This document shows positions 35,178 to 47,684 of a stretch of DNA of 64,000 bases, one piece after another; the stretch's first letter is position 1; each line of letters begins with the position of its first letter. This DNA comes from Diplonema japonicum (taxonomy: Eukaryota > Protista > Euglenozoa: Diplonemea): positions 248,001 to 312,000 of the forward strand of contig OZ025745.1 in assembly GCA_964019335.1 (NCBI GenBank). The letters run 5' to 3'. The notes under the pieces are model-generated. The model searched no databases and was not told where the DNA came from. It was given only the letters and a program-made list of their open reading frames with translations. The position numbers and the translations under genes were made by a program.

Positions 35178-35748
35178 AGTTAAAAAATAGTAAAGTTATT
35201 AAGCAATAAAGGTATTGGAGGTTTTGGCCAATAAATTTTATTTTAATTTTTTTTTGGTGTTAATTACAAGCTCTTGCACCCAGAATTCTTTTTTTGGAGC
35301 AAAGTGTAAGGAGGGGGGAATGTAGCCCATTGGAAGTAAGCTTGAATAAGTTTCTTTTTTTTTTTTTTTTTTTGCCAGTGTGCGTATTCTTGTACATTTT
35401 TTTTTTCAACAAAGGTGGTAAGATGTCAAGACTTTTTTTTTAAAAAAAAAGGTAGGGTGGGGGTGTTACACTTTCCCCCCATTCTCAATCTAAACAGCAT
35501 TTTAGTCTCACCCCCCCCCCCCCCCCCTCCTTTTGTTGCATAGATTTTTTTGTGCCGATGTTGAGTTTCTTTTTTCTTTTTTTTTTAAAGCAACCGTATC
35601 TTTGAGCAAAAAAGAAAGAAGGAATCTGCCATCTTGTAACTTTTTTTTTGACAGATTTCTTTTTTCTCAAAAAAGATTCTAAAAAATTCTTAAAAAATCG
35701 GTGCCTCCCTTTTTTTTTTTTTTTTTTTTCTTCTTTTTTTTTTTCGCG

Positions 35749-35749
<1 letters not shown>

Positions 35750-35791
<42 letters not shown>
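35750..35791 (+). repeat. (TA)n(GT)n microsatellite
   Basis: Read directly from the sequence. Confidence 0.95.
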
Positions 35792-35793
<2 letters not shown>

Positions 35794-36527
35794 ATAAATA
35801 GTGACAAGTATTCTTATTTTGGTAAAGTAAACAGCAATTATTTTTGAAATACTATAAAAAAAACGAGATCAACGAGGGGGGGAGGGGTGGGGGGGTGAAA
35901 AAAACTGCAACACATTACACACGGCATCCGTTTACTTAAGTCCTTATTTAACTTAAGTACCCCCCCAATATATTATACTACATTTGAGGGGGGGAAAAAA
36001 AAAGAAAATTGCCACACAGGAAGTTGGGGGAGAGGAAACTCAGTTAACAGGCCATGGATAAATAAATAAAAAAAATAAGATGAATAAAAAAGTAAGCAAA
36101 AAGGGGTGCTTTTTTTTGCTGTAAGGTTTCGCATCGTTGGTTATTTGGGGTTGGGGAATTCAAAAAAAAAAAAAAAATCGTGAAAAAAAAGAGATGGGAG
36201 GATGAAAAAAAAAAAAAAAAAAAAAAAAAAAAGAAAAAAACGATTCTTCTTCATTTATTATTTTTTTTTTTTTTTTTCCGTTCTGAAAAAAAAAAGATGT
36301 TTTTCCTTTTCAAAAAAAAAAGAAGAAAAAAATTGTTTTTTCCCCCAGTCGCGAGACACCCAGGAAAAAATAGATTCACATTATCATGAAACTAGTAGCT
36401 CTTTATGACATGCATATGAAAAAAAAAAAAAAAAAAAAAAAGCATAGGAAAAGGTAGCAGGCATAGAAAGAAATAGCCGCGTGTCCAGACTTATAACACG
36501 GACACGCATAGATTGTCGGCCTACACG

Positions 36528-36563
<36 letters not shown>

Positions 36564-39136
36564 CCAATTCTTTTCGACTTGCTAAGGCCGCACCCACTAG
36601 GTGGGTCTCTGGACTATTTTTTTATTTTTTTCTCTTTTTTACTTTGAAAAACTTTCAGTTCTTTTTTTTTCTTTTTTTTTTTTAATTAATATTCTTCTTC
36701 TCCTGACGAGCTCATATATTTTCTTTAATGATTTTCCTTTTCTGTGTGGGTTTGTTTGCTTTTTTTTTCCCCTCTTTTTTTTTCTTCTTATCTATTCGTT
36801 ACCCTTTGTTTCCCCCTGCTGATATTGCAAAGGGGGCTGGTGAAAAGGGAGAAGAAAAAAAAAAGAAGAAAAAAAAAGAGAAAAAAAACTAAACAAACCG
36901 ACGCCCCCCCACCCACCCCTCAAATCTAAATGAGGAGGTTTTTTTAAAAAGAAAAAAGATCAGTAAGAAAAAAAAATACAAAAAAAACACACAAAGAAAG
37001 GTGTAGGGGAAGAGAAAAAAAAAATACAGTGAAAGCTCAAAGTTCTCCCACCCTCTTTGTTTGTGTTTTCTTTTTTTTTTTTTTCTTTACTTTTCTTTTT
37101 TTTTTCTAATTTGTTTCTTGGTTAGAAGAAAAAAAAAAAAAAAACAGGACGGGGAAGGGGAGGGGAAAAAAACAAAACAAAAAAAGAGAAAAATATGATG
37201 GGGGAGAGGGGGATCAAAAAGAATGTGAAAGCAAAGGCCTTCGTTTTGACAGTTGGGCACACAGGAGAAGTTACCTACACGGTCCAGGGACGCGTGGAGC
37301 AACTAAGAGCAAAAAAAGAAAAACGTACGGCGCTCAACCGGTGCCCTTCTGTCATTTATTTCTTCTTTTTTTATAAAAATATTTTTTTTTTTTAAAAAAA
37401 AATTCCCTTGACAAGAACATGTGAAAGTTTTTTTACACCAACGTATGGAAAAAAAAAAAAAGAAAAAAGCAATAAAAAACCAGCCGCCTTTATACCTAAT
37501 AGGGAGCAAGAAAAAAAATAGAAACAAGGAGGGGAAAACAAAAAAACAAAAAAAATGAAAAAAAAGAAAAACTATAAAAAGGCAAGATTCATTTTTTTTT
37601 TTTTCTTTTTTATAAAATACCTAAAATAAAAAGATAATTTATACGCATAGTGCCCTAACCATTCTTTTTTTCTTTCCTTTTTTTTTTTTTTTTTTTTCCT
37701 CCTCAATAATTACAAAATAACAAGTGTTTTCTGTTTATCATAATAAAAAAAAGAAATATGAAAAAATAAAAAAGGGTATGGGAAGGAGGGGTTTTTTTTT
37801 TCAAATGATTGCTTGTAATTTTATTACGTTCCCCTAAAAACCCTTTCTTCTTCTTCTTCTTCTTCTTCTTCTTTTTTTGATAATTACAAAAATACAAGTG
37901 TTCCCCCCCCCCTTTTTTTTTATGTAGTGCTCTGATGTTTCATCAAAAAAAATCCCCCCCCCGGAAGAAAAAATAAACCAAAGAATTGCTATGGAGAAAA
38001 AAAAAATAAGCCAAGCGAAACATAATATTTATTTACCCATATCTAAGCCCTGAGACTCGTTAAAAAAAGATTTTTTCCCCCCCCTTCTTTTTGAAGGAGA
38101 GGTTTCTGGCCATTGTCATGTTGACCCATTTACCAGTGCTGGCTTTTTTTTTTTTAAATCTCCCTGAAGCTTAATGCGTCTACATAGCCCCCTTTTTACT
38201 TGGAACTCTTCGATATGAAGGGCTTTAAAAAAAAAGAAAGAGGGGCAAGGAGCAGAACTAAGGTATTTGATTTAGCATAAACTGAAAGAAAAAAAGGGGG
38301 GGGGGAGAGGAGAGGGGAAAACGTTTATGTTTTTTTTGTTTTGTGGCAATTCTTTTTTTTTGTGGAAGGGGGGGGTTTCTCCCTTCCTGGGGTACACGCT
38401 TTCTCTAAGTTTCAAAATCTAAGAAAAGGGGGAGGGGAAATGGGGGGGGGGGGGGGGGGGGGAAGTGGTGAAAATTGGGATTTAGCACCAGGCTTTTCCT
38501 TTTTTTTTTAAAAAAAAGAAAGAAAAAAAAAGGGGGCTTTTTTTTTTGTGCCGTGCACTTTTTTGTGTGAAAAAATAGAATAAAAAAAAACGGGCTCCAG
38601 GGTGATCAGAGGAGTATTTTGTGTGGGTCTACCCCAAGAATAGTGATTTCCCCCCCCCCCCCCCCCCCCCCTCCTTTTGCACCTCTTACATTCTCTTCTG
38701 GCAAAAGAATTCAGAAAAGTTTCAAAGAAAAAAAAAGAGAGAGAGAGAGAGACCAAACGTTTCGGCCGGTTCACGTCACATTATACATAGAAGGGAAAAA
38801 AAAAATAATTTAGGGGGAGGAAAAAAAAAAAAAGAGAGAGAGAGAGAGGGAACCCAATGCCTGCAAACCGAACATCAGGTAAAAGGGAGAGGGGAGGGTG
38901 TGTAGAATTGAGAAGTTTCCTTATGAGGAGCATTTCATAGTAGGAAAAAGAAAAAGCTGGCGATTTGCTGAAGGCGGGCTCATACCCACCTACACATATA
39001 TTGTCAAGACTGGGGTTGTTTTTTTTCTTTTTTTTTTTGAGCAAATCAGCGGGTGTACAAAAAAAAAAAAAAAAAAAAAACACGGAATTTACTCGCCTGC
39101 TGACTGCCGAAAGAATACCGTATTTTTAAAGTAATA

Positions 39137-40751
39137 CTGTAAAACGAAAAACTCCCGGACGGAAAAATGTCCGAGTTTTTTTGGCGTCCGGGAATTTTTC
39201 CGTCCGGGAATTTTTTTTAGGTAAGGCCGTCAGGGGGCCTGGTACCTACATACTGGCCTGGGCTGCAAACGGCAACCGCGCGAAGAAACCCCCAGGGTTC
39301 CCTTTCTGCATCTTTGTCCTCCCTTGCTGCCCCTGAGGCAATCAGCTTGTCGAGCCTTCGTGTGGCCTACTACCTTTCTTAATAGATGCTTTACAGCTGC
39401 GTTCAACCCAATATCCATCGGTTGAACCATGTAGGTGAGCCCAGGGGGACAAAAGCAATGTGCACGTTTGCGCCTGCGAACCACTCTACCAACCCATAGG
39501 CATAGGTCGTATGAGAGTTGTCCGACAAGCAGCAGAATCGGCCCGTTCGGCAAAACCATGGGAATCGATAATTTATAGCAAAAAGGAAGAAACAGCTCCG
39601 TAACCCAGATACCGAGTATCATAATTAGCCCAATGATTGGGCGATGCCGTTAGGCTCCATTCGGTGGGCGGGTGCTTGACCGGGGCATCACCGGATAATC
39701 CCTGCCGGTTGCGTTTCCGCTTTGCCTTTGTATTTAACCATCCAGCCAAGGAAACAGCCAGCTGTTCGGTTATAGCCCGTTTTGTCCCCCAAGCCACGGA
39801 CTTTTACGACCTTAGCACCCCTTTTTGTTTTGGTTTTTAACCCCGTATTCCAGACCAATTCCGGCCTTACTTTATGGGTGTCGATTATGGACCTGAATTC
39901 CATGGTGAAACAGCGTGCCTTCTCGTTTCCGAACTTTCCGGAGGTGGCTTGCGGCTTTTGTCTTTCTTGCTGCAAAATTTTGTCAGCCTAGCCAGTGGAA
40001 AAGGACAGTGTCCCACCAAAGTCTACCAGGTCTGTCTTTCGGGCTGGATTGGCGCACAGCAGCCCTTCTGCATAGGTGCATATTTGTTGTGCTGGGATAG
40101 GCTCACCAAGCCCGTTTACCTATTGACTCAAGCAAAAATCTTTCAGCCCCCGAAGGATGCTAAATCCCGTATTGGGCGATACGCAGCTATCACGGCGTCG
40201 CGGCGGCCAGGGTGTGGTAGGGTGGAAGAACTGTCCAGTATTTCCGTCTGGAAGAAACCGGGGGCTCTGTTGAACCTGTTGCTGCCGTCTTCTGACCGAG
40301 GCAGAGGCCGCCAAGCTGCTTTCGGGGGTTTGTACTGGCCCGGTGTAAGGAGTTTATCTCGGGGGTGAGCTGGCCGGGGGTGTCAGCACCAAAGTTGGGC
40401 CCCTCACAAGCCAGCTGCTCAACGTGCCTTGGGTAGTCGAACTGGTCAATCTGACGAAAGAAGTACGGGTTTATGAGAAGTTAAAGATCCCGTGGGTGCT
40501 GTTTGTTGGTGCATTGAAAGGGGAAGAAAAATTCAAACTGCCACGCAGGGTGACATTTTGGCTCTGCACAAGGAATAAAGCCCTTCCAGGCAAACGTGGT
40601 GGGAGCTGCTACCCCCCTTAAGTAAAAAAACTTCTTCCCAGAAAAACTCCCGGACGGAAAAATGTCCGGGTTTTTTTGGTGTCCGGGGGTTTTTCCGTCC
40701 GGGAGTTTTTCTGTCCGAGAATTTTTCCGTCCGACATTATTCGTTTTACAG
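39137..40751 (-). mobile_element. Decayed pogo-like (Tc1/mariner superfamily) DNA transposon, 1615 bp
   Basis: 12-bp TIR CTGTAAAACGAA / TTCGTTTTACAG with TA on both sides; subterminal CCCGGACGGAAAAA / TTTTTCCGTCCGG arrays; internal transposase fragments. Confidence 0.88.
39300..40000 (-). pseudogene. Frameshifted DDE_1 (pogo/CENP-B-type) transposase remnant
   Basis: Fragments in different frames: IIDTHKVRPELVWNTGL (cf. WNxDETGL), GDK, SPNHWAN and PPGLTYMVQPMDIGLNAAVKHLLRK (cf. QPxDxG). Confidence 0.75.
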
Positions 40752-41304
40752 TAAGTTTTTAAATAAAGACCAAAAGCAAATTCTGAAAAAATTTGTCCCC
40801 GACCTTAATCGCTTAAACAACATAATCAATTAATTTCTTGAAATTGTTTCAGACCTTAATTCTTTAAAAATACGGTAACAAAATATTTAAAAAAAAAATC
40901 AACCCTTTCAACCTTTTATGTTTCCTTTTTTCTTCCTCGTACCCCCGACAAAGTGCGAAAAAGGAAAATCGACAAAATTACAAAGTCAAAAAAAATTTTT
41001 TTTTTCGAAGCCGAAACGTAACAAGCTGCGGGTTCCTTAGTCTAGGGACCCTGCAGAAAAAAAAAGGGGGGAGGAGGGATGCATTTGAGGAGGGACGGCG
41101 GCCTTGTGCCAGATCTAAGACCACATATGTGTCAGCAACGTTTGCTTCTTTTTCTTCCTTCTTCTTTTTTTTTTCTCCTGCTCTTGCTTTTTTTTTTTTT
41201 TTTTCTTTTTTTTTTTTTTCCCCCTCTTCTCTTCAACCTTGTTGGTGCGTCGTGCGCAATTCTACCCCATTATTTTTCTTCCTATTGACGCGCCCCTCCT
41301 CTCA

Positions 41305-41342
<38 letters not shown>

Positions 41343-41441
41343 AGGGGAGGGGATTTTTTTTTTTTCCTGGTGCTCGGATAAAAAAAAATAAAAAAAAAAG
41401 AAAAAAGAAAAAAAAAACGCTGACTTTTTTCATTTCTCCCT

Positions 41442-43150
41442 TCACATTATCGATTGCGTCATATTTTGGTAAGATGGATCTGTTACATTTTTTTTTCCCC
41501 TCCCGCCCCCCCAAAAAAAATCACACCAACAAGCCACGGGGCAGCATTCGGGTCCATAGTATGCATAGGGGGGCAGTAGAACGCAGGAGGATCGTAATGC
41601 AACGACGGCTGCTGCTGGGGAACAATATGCTGGGTCTGCTGGTGGGGCTTCTTGGGGGCAGGTTGGAAGTTCAACGATAAGTCAAGAGGAAGCGACTCAG
41701 CAGCAGCCTTCTCTGTCAATCTTGCCCAAATCCGCTCAGCCGCCACAGGCGGCAAATCAGGCAGACAGCCTTTCACCCTTGTAGACACCATGTCCCACAT
41801 CTGCGCCGTGCACCGCATGATGGCAGTCTGCAGCACGTAGTTCCCAGACTGCGACCTGGCAAGACGTGCAGCTGAGCCACTGGATCTCACCAGCTCCGAC
41901 AGCATGTCGCCCAGCACAGGGATGGAGACGTACTTCAGGATCTGTTCCACAACGTGGGAAGCGTGCCTGTGTAGGGACATGGACTCGGCGGAGCCTTTAA
42001 TCTTCTTCGCGATGCTGTCCGCAAAAGAGAATGGCGCCAGTTGGATGCACTGCTGCACCAAGAAGTTCCCCGACCCGCTCCTCATCAGCGTGGTGCAGTG
42101 CGCGAGGATCTCGTCGAGAAGCGGCCTCACCACCGCGACACCACCAGCAGCACCCTTTGCGCACTGCAACCTGATGCACGCCTCCAATGCTAGCCCAGCA
42201 CGGGGACGGTCTGCGAACGGCAAGACAAACCCCACAGCACGTTTTAACAGCCTTGCCCTCTGCGCCTCCGACATCCTGCTGAACGTGGCGCTGAACAAAG
42301 CAGGCACCTCAAGTAGCTGTCCCGTGCATTCCTCCATTGAGGTCAGCAGTGTGTCCAACGCAGGGCCCTCCTGCACCTTGTTGAGGAGCTCGGCCACCGC
42401 TGCGTGGAGCTGCGGGTGGTGTGCCTGCAGCACCTCCTCCATGCATTGTGGGACCAGCTCGGCCAGCTTCACGAGGTCATCGTCCTCAGCCCATGTGATG
42501 GCCAGCGTGAGGCTGTCGGAGTCCTCATGGTATGCAGCCATGATACCGTCAGCGATGATGCGCTTTGCGGTGGTCCTGACGTCGAGGGGTGAGGTGTCTA
42601 CGTCGACAGGCGTGGTGGGCGTGGAGGGCGTCGTGGCATTGGAGCTGGCGACAGAGGAGGCTGCTGGGTATATGTTCGGGAGCGTTGTTGCCTGCACGGG
42701 CTGCTCGGCGGGCCAGAGCCAGATCTCTGTGGGCCCCTGCGGTGTGCCGGACCCGATGCTCCCGCAGAGCTCGCCGTCGTTTGGCTGCTCGATGTACCGC
42801 CCCTTCGCACACCCGATGCTTAGCCGCTCCTTCTTCGTCCTCCACCGCGGGGCAACGTGCGCCTTCAGCACCCCAATAGGCTGCACGGCCCAGTCGCACG
42901 TCAGCAACAGCGGTGTCTTGTACTGCATGCCGTCCTTCACCACAAACATGTCCTGGTCACTCGGAGACAGGTCGTGCAGGCTGGGCCTCTTCGTCACTGG
43001 TTGCGGTTCCCTCACCGGCGGGACTTGCATCGTTCCTGCCGTTACTGATGATACGGGCATTGCTGTGCTGTTTTTTTTCTCTTTCGTTTCTCGGGGCAAG
43101 GTTCGCTGCCACTCTTCCCCTTGTGTAGTGCTGTGGGTAGGGGGGTTCAT
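41442..43150 (-). CDS. Pumilio (PUF)-repeat RNA-binding protein, 2 exons
   Basis: Repeats GSGNFLVQQCI, HASHVVEQIL and QSGNYVLQTAI. Intron 41480-41526 gives C-terminus DPSYQNMTQSIM*. Start codon uncertain. Confidence 0.8.
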
Positions 43151-43272
43151 ATAAATTTGCAAGCAACAAAAGAAAAAAGGGGGGGGGTAGAAATTTGTGT
43201 ACATTCACAATTAACAAAAGAGAGGGGTATACAATCTAAATAACAGCCGTGCCAGTGCCAGTGCCAGTACCA

Positions 43273-44331
43273 CTACCATGGACGCGTGGACATGGGTTCA
43301 ACAGAGACAGAGCGGCGCGTGGCACGGGGCTGCGGTGAGGGTGTAGGGGAGGGAGAGGGACGTCTTGAGGGCATCGGTGAAGAAAGAAGTGTACCGACAG
43401 TGGACTCGTTGTGGAAGGCGTTGGAGCGACGGCCGGGACGCTGCTGCGAGAGCGCAGCAGGGGGCTCAGCATGACGCTTAAGCGGGTAGGAAAACTTATT
43501 CCTCTCACCTGTCGACGGCAGGGGAGGGTAACTAGGGTTCGACAGGCAGGTGTCAAAGGGTGCAGGCGTTCTGGCGTACGCCGGGTGGTGGAACTGCTTT
43601 CTCTTCGGCGACGCCGACCGTGTCCTTGCCATGCTGGAATCAACCTTCTTTCTGCGTGAGAAGGCCTCTCCTTCCACCGCTGCAGGCGGTTGCACGAACC
43701 TCTTTGCAGACACATCTACCTGCTGCGACACTTCCGGCTGGATGTTCAAGGTTGTGGTGACGCTGAGCGCCTGGTCAAGGTGGCTTTCGATCATCTGCCG
43801 CTCTTCCTTCACACGCATCTGTTGCCTGAGGAACCGAGCGTGCTCCTGTGCACGCTGTGCCTTCATGTCTGCATCGAACTCCGCCTGTTGTCTGTCCTCC
43901 GTGGCCATCATCTCGTGGCGTCTCCTGTCCACGCTCTTTTCCCTCCCCAGCTCTTGGGCTTTAATCAGTTTCATCCTCCTGACATGGTCGGGTGACGGCA
44001 GGCACTCCCTTGTGGGGCTTGAGTGGAGCGTGGTCTTTGCTTTCCTTTCGACCTTTTCCCGCCTCTCCGGGAGTTGATTGAACCTCTTTGCGGTGTACAC
44101 CCTCCCTGCAGACTGCTGCTGCCCGACCCCGTAGGGAGGGGGGTTGCTCCCCTCCGGTTGGTGCATCACCTTTCCGGTTTTGTGTTCCGATTTCGGTTCG
44201 GGACGCACCATTCTTTTGGTGAAGGTGAACTGCCCCCCGCCGCATGAGGCTGCGGAGCTTTCCTCCCATCGACCGAACGCCCTGCTGCCGCATCCCTCAG
44301 TGGAGTACGAACGAGCCACGGAGTGCACCAT
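43273..44331 (-). CDS. Hypothetical protein (coiled coil, Ser/Pro/Arg-rich)
   Basis: Long GC-rich ORF, ATG at 44331 (MVHSVARSYS); no recognisable domain. Confidence 0.7.
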   Translation of the reverse strand: MVHSVARSYSTEGCGSRAFGRWEESSAASCGGGQFTFTKRMVRPEPKSEHKTGKVMHQPEGSNPPPYGVGQQQSAGRVYTAKRFNQLPERREKVERKAKTTLHSSPTRECLPSPDHVRRMKLIKAQELGREKSVDRRRHEMMATEDRQQAEFDADMKAQRAQEHARFLRQQMRVKEERQMIESHLDQALSVTTTLNIQPEVSQQVDVSAKRFVQPPAAVEGEAFSRRKKVDSSMARTRSASPKRKQFHHPAYARTPAPFDTCLSNPSYPPLPSTGERNKFSYPLKRHAEPPAALSQQRPGRRSNAFHNESTVGTLLSSPMPSRRPSPSPTPSPQPRATRRSVSVEPMSTRPW

Positions 44332-44405
44332 TTTCCCCCCCTCTGAAAAATGAAGATTTGGGGTGGAGGGGAATGTACCGTCTCTCGACAATAATATTGT
44401 TAAAA

Positions 44406-44443
<38 letters not shown>

Positions 44444-44460
44444 AGAGAGAGAGAGAGAGA

Positions 44461-45363
44461 TCATGACGCGAGTCTTCCGACTGCGTTCCTGTTAATGTCG
44501 TCGATGACAGTTTCCATCTGCACAAGCATCACAAGGTGTGCGGGTGACAGCGCCTCCGGAGGAGGTCTTGCGAGCATGGCATGGTGTTCCTCAAGCGAAC
44601 GGGCGAAGTAAGGCTGGACCGTCTCACCGGCCATTCTGTCCAACCGTTTCTTCTGCGACTTTTGCATGGACGAAACCGCAGACGATAACCTGCCGTCGAG
44701 GGCAGCTCTGATAAGCCGTTGCCTGGCCATTTCCAAGGAGCAGAACCCAGATGGGACTAAAGGGGCGGCTTCATGACCAGGAAGAAGTTTTTTTGCGTCT
44801 TCCAACAAACAGCATATCGGTAAGATTCTGTCCACAACCTCTTGCGGATCGTCCCATCGGCAGAACCCTTCAGCAAGGTGTTGCAACCTCGCGGCTGGTG
44901 TGGTGGTTTCCCAGTTTTTGTACAGTTCAACATCGTTAGCTTCACATATAATCTCTTCTGGATCGAGGGTAAGATGAGCCTTGGAGTAACACCACGCAAC
45001 ATATGTTGAAATCACTCTCTTTTCATTCACGAGTTTTTCTTCTATGTCCCCCCTAGAATCGTCTCTAGCCAGCGCACCGTACTGTAGGGCTCTGGACAGC
45101 TCGAAGGCAGAGCGAGGTGTGGTCATGGGGATGCCCTTGCTTATTACCACACGACGCCTTGAATGGTCCCAGCCACACCCGTGGATGGTCCCTTCATCCA
45201 CCTCCAAGGGCACGTCGATCCCTTCTGATAAATAACCGCTTAGTTCGGGCCGTTCATCGCCGAAGATTTTCGCGTCGAAAAAACATGGTTCTGTTTGCTT
45301 GCTCTGCCCCTTCTCTCTGGTTTCTTTGAACATGTCGGACAGTGTAGATGCTGCATTTGCCAT
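44461..45363 (-). CDS. Hypothetical protein, 300 aa
   Basis: ATG after an A-run; globular-looking ORF between homopolymer spacers. Confidence 0.75.
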   Translation of the reverse strand: MANAASTLSDMFKETREKGQSKQTEPCFFDAKIFGDERPELSGYLSEGIDVPLEVDEGTIHGCGWDHSRRRVVISKGIPMTTPRSAFELSRALQYGALARDDSRGDIEEKLVNEKRVISTYVAWCYSKAHLTLDPEEIICEANDVELYKNWETTTPAARLQHLAEGFCRWDDPQEVVDRILPICCLLEDAKKLLPGHEAAPLVPSGFCSLEMARQRLIRAALDGRLSSAVSSMQKSQKKRLDRMAGETVQPYFARSLEEHHAMLARPPPEALSPAHLVMLVQMETVIDDINRNAVGRLAS

Positions 45364-46652
45364 TTTTTTTTTTTTTTATGTTGTTGTCCCTTGGGTGGGT
45401 TGGTTTTGAGAGAGAGGAGAATAAGGAAGGGAGGGGGGGAAAAAAAATGAGCAAAAGAAGAAGAAGAGAAAGAAAAAAAAAATCCCCCCCATTCTTCCTG
45501 CTTTCTTATTCCGCTTGCTCCTCTTTTGTTTGCCATTCTTGCAAAAAAAAGGGGGGGGGGAAATTGTGGTGCTTCCATATTGTGTAGATTGTCAAAAAAA
45601 AAAAACAACTTTTTTTTTTCATATCGGTTTTTGCTTTTCTCATTCTTAAAATTAAATTTTCGCCTTTGCAATGCACTCTCTTTTTTCCCCCCCTTCCTCT
45701 TCGGTCATGGCACAGGCCTCTTTCCTCTTTGTACACTGCGCATACAAACAGGGGGGGGGGGGGGGGGCCTCCATCCCTGAAAGAAGAAAAAGAAAAACTA
45801 ATAATAATAATAATAATAATAACCCCCTGGGATATCTCATGGCATTGTGGCAGTCAGCAAAAGTGAGGAGAGGTCGGCATAAAATAGCACAAGCACGCAA
45901 CAAAAATCCCCAACCACACTTTCGCCCGCAGGGGGGTTTTTTTTTTCTTTTTTTTAAAGAATCAGTCCTAGGGAAGAAATCATGGAAGGATAACATGGGA
46001 TGAAAAAATAAAGCCCCCCTGTCCCCTCTTTTTTTTTGTTGCAGAAAAATGAAAGGACAGGAGAGAATAATAAACACACTTTTCTTTTCTGGAAAAAAAA
46101 AAAAAGAAAAAAAAAAAAAAAAAAAACAATAACACGGACACATGAAACAGGCTGGGGGTATGGAAAGAACGGACTTGGAAGAGGGGTAAAAAAGAAAAAA
46201 AAAGAAAAGAAAAACAGAACACAGAATAAAGAAAAAGAAAAAGAGGGGAATATTGCACAAAAGATAATAAAAAACTGAAAATGAAGAAGAAAAAAAAGGG
46301 GGAGGGGGAAATAGATTCACTACTGGGGAACGTAACATGCAACGAACCACGCGAGAGAAGGGGGAAAAAAAAATGATCCTCTTTTTTTTTACCCTCTCCC
46401 CCTTTTTTTTTGTTCCACATTTCCTTTTCCCTCTCTCACCCCCGCGCTCCTTACACTTTTTTTTTTCCGTCTCTTTTATTTTCTTCCACCTGTCTCTCCC
46501 TTCTTTTTCAAGTAGATAACAAAAGAAAAAAAAAAGAAAGAAAGAAGAAAAAAAAAACTTTAGGTTAGGATACGGTGGTTTAATATATTGAGTGTTTCCG
46601 CGCCCCCCCCCCATTTTTTTTTTGAAAATTTTATTTTTCATATTTTCTTTTC

Positions 46653-47075
46653 TTAGCCAAGATCAACAGTCGATGTATAGTCGTAGTCAATAGTGGGGAT
46701 AACGGAGGAGATGAACTGTGTTCATTTTTTTTTTTTTAAATATTTTTTCCCTTTACCTTAAGAAACAAAAACAGAGCCATATCAGTGTTAATGCCGAATG
46801 CCGCCGCAGCTTCCTCATCCTGAGATGTCCTTTCTTCATGCGCTTCCTTGAGCTTGTCGATCATCCTCTTCATAGTCTCAGCATGTCTGCAGGGGTGGAT
46901 CGACACCATGCTCGCACCTTTTTTATTTTTTTTTATTTTTTATTTTTTGTCTCTAACCCCCCTCCCATACCAGTATAAGGGTGCGTCTCGATGGTAACCG
47001 TCTTCTCCTTGTAATCAGCAAAGATGTCCTGAAACATTTCCTTGCTGTTCAGCTGGGTACCGCTTTCGCTGTACC

Positions 47076-47106
<31 letters not shown>

Positions 47107-47684
47107 CTTTTTTCCCCCGCAAACCCTTGCAGATAAACCCTCGGAGTGTACTCATAATTGTCGTAAAGCAAATGGATATCGTACTTACGTGACGGAACGA
47201 GGCCTTCGGTGGTGACGGCGGCCGCGTCGTCGTCCTCTACCACGCAGTTCTCTTCACCGTCCTCGCCCATTTCAGGGATGCTGTCGTCGTCATCCTCGTC
47301 TGGAGCGGCTTCCTGTGCTTCGTTACCCATTTGAGGGGCGTCCTCGGGTTGGGTTGGGTGGTGGTCGATGTGGGTGGCAGTCCATCCATCATCGACTTCC
47401 TCCTCACCTCCCGCATCGTTGGTAAGATCAGCCGCACGTTTTTCGCACCTTGCCCCCGTCATAACGAGGTACCGCTTGTTCTTCGGCATCATTTTGTGGA
47501 CGCTCTCCGTCCCGTCCGTGGCCCCGTGCCATTTCCATGTAGGGCACCTCGTAACTAGCTTGTCGCCAGCATCGACGTACTCCTCAGGAGTCATCTGTCC
47601 CTTCTCCATGAACCTTGTGGATGTTATTGGCGAGACCACACTGCTATAGACCTCTGTCCATTTCTTGTATAATGCTGCGGTCAT
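46653..47684 (-). CDS. ATG3: Autophagy E2-like enzyme ATG3, 4 exons, 295 aa
   Basis: MTPEEYVDAGDKLVTRCPTWKW, YTPRVYLQG, catalytic SIHPCRHA and FLKFISSVIPTIDYDYT after removing introns 47075-47124, 46918-46970 and 46716-46756. Confidence 0.95.

Noticed and set aside
36479-36507. GCGTGTCC/GGACACGC hairpin as an ncRNA
   Set aside because: Only an 8-bp stem with no supporting box motifs.
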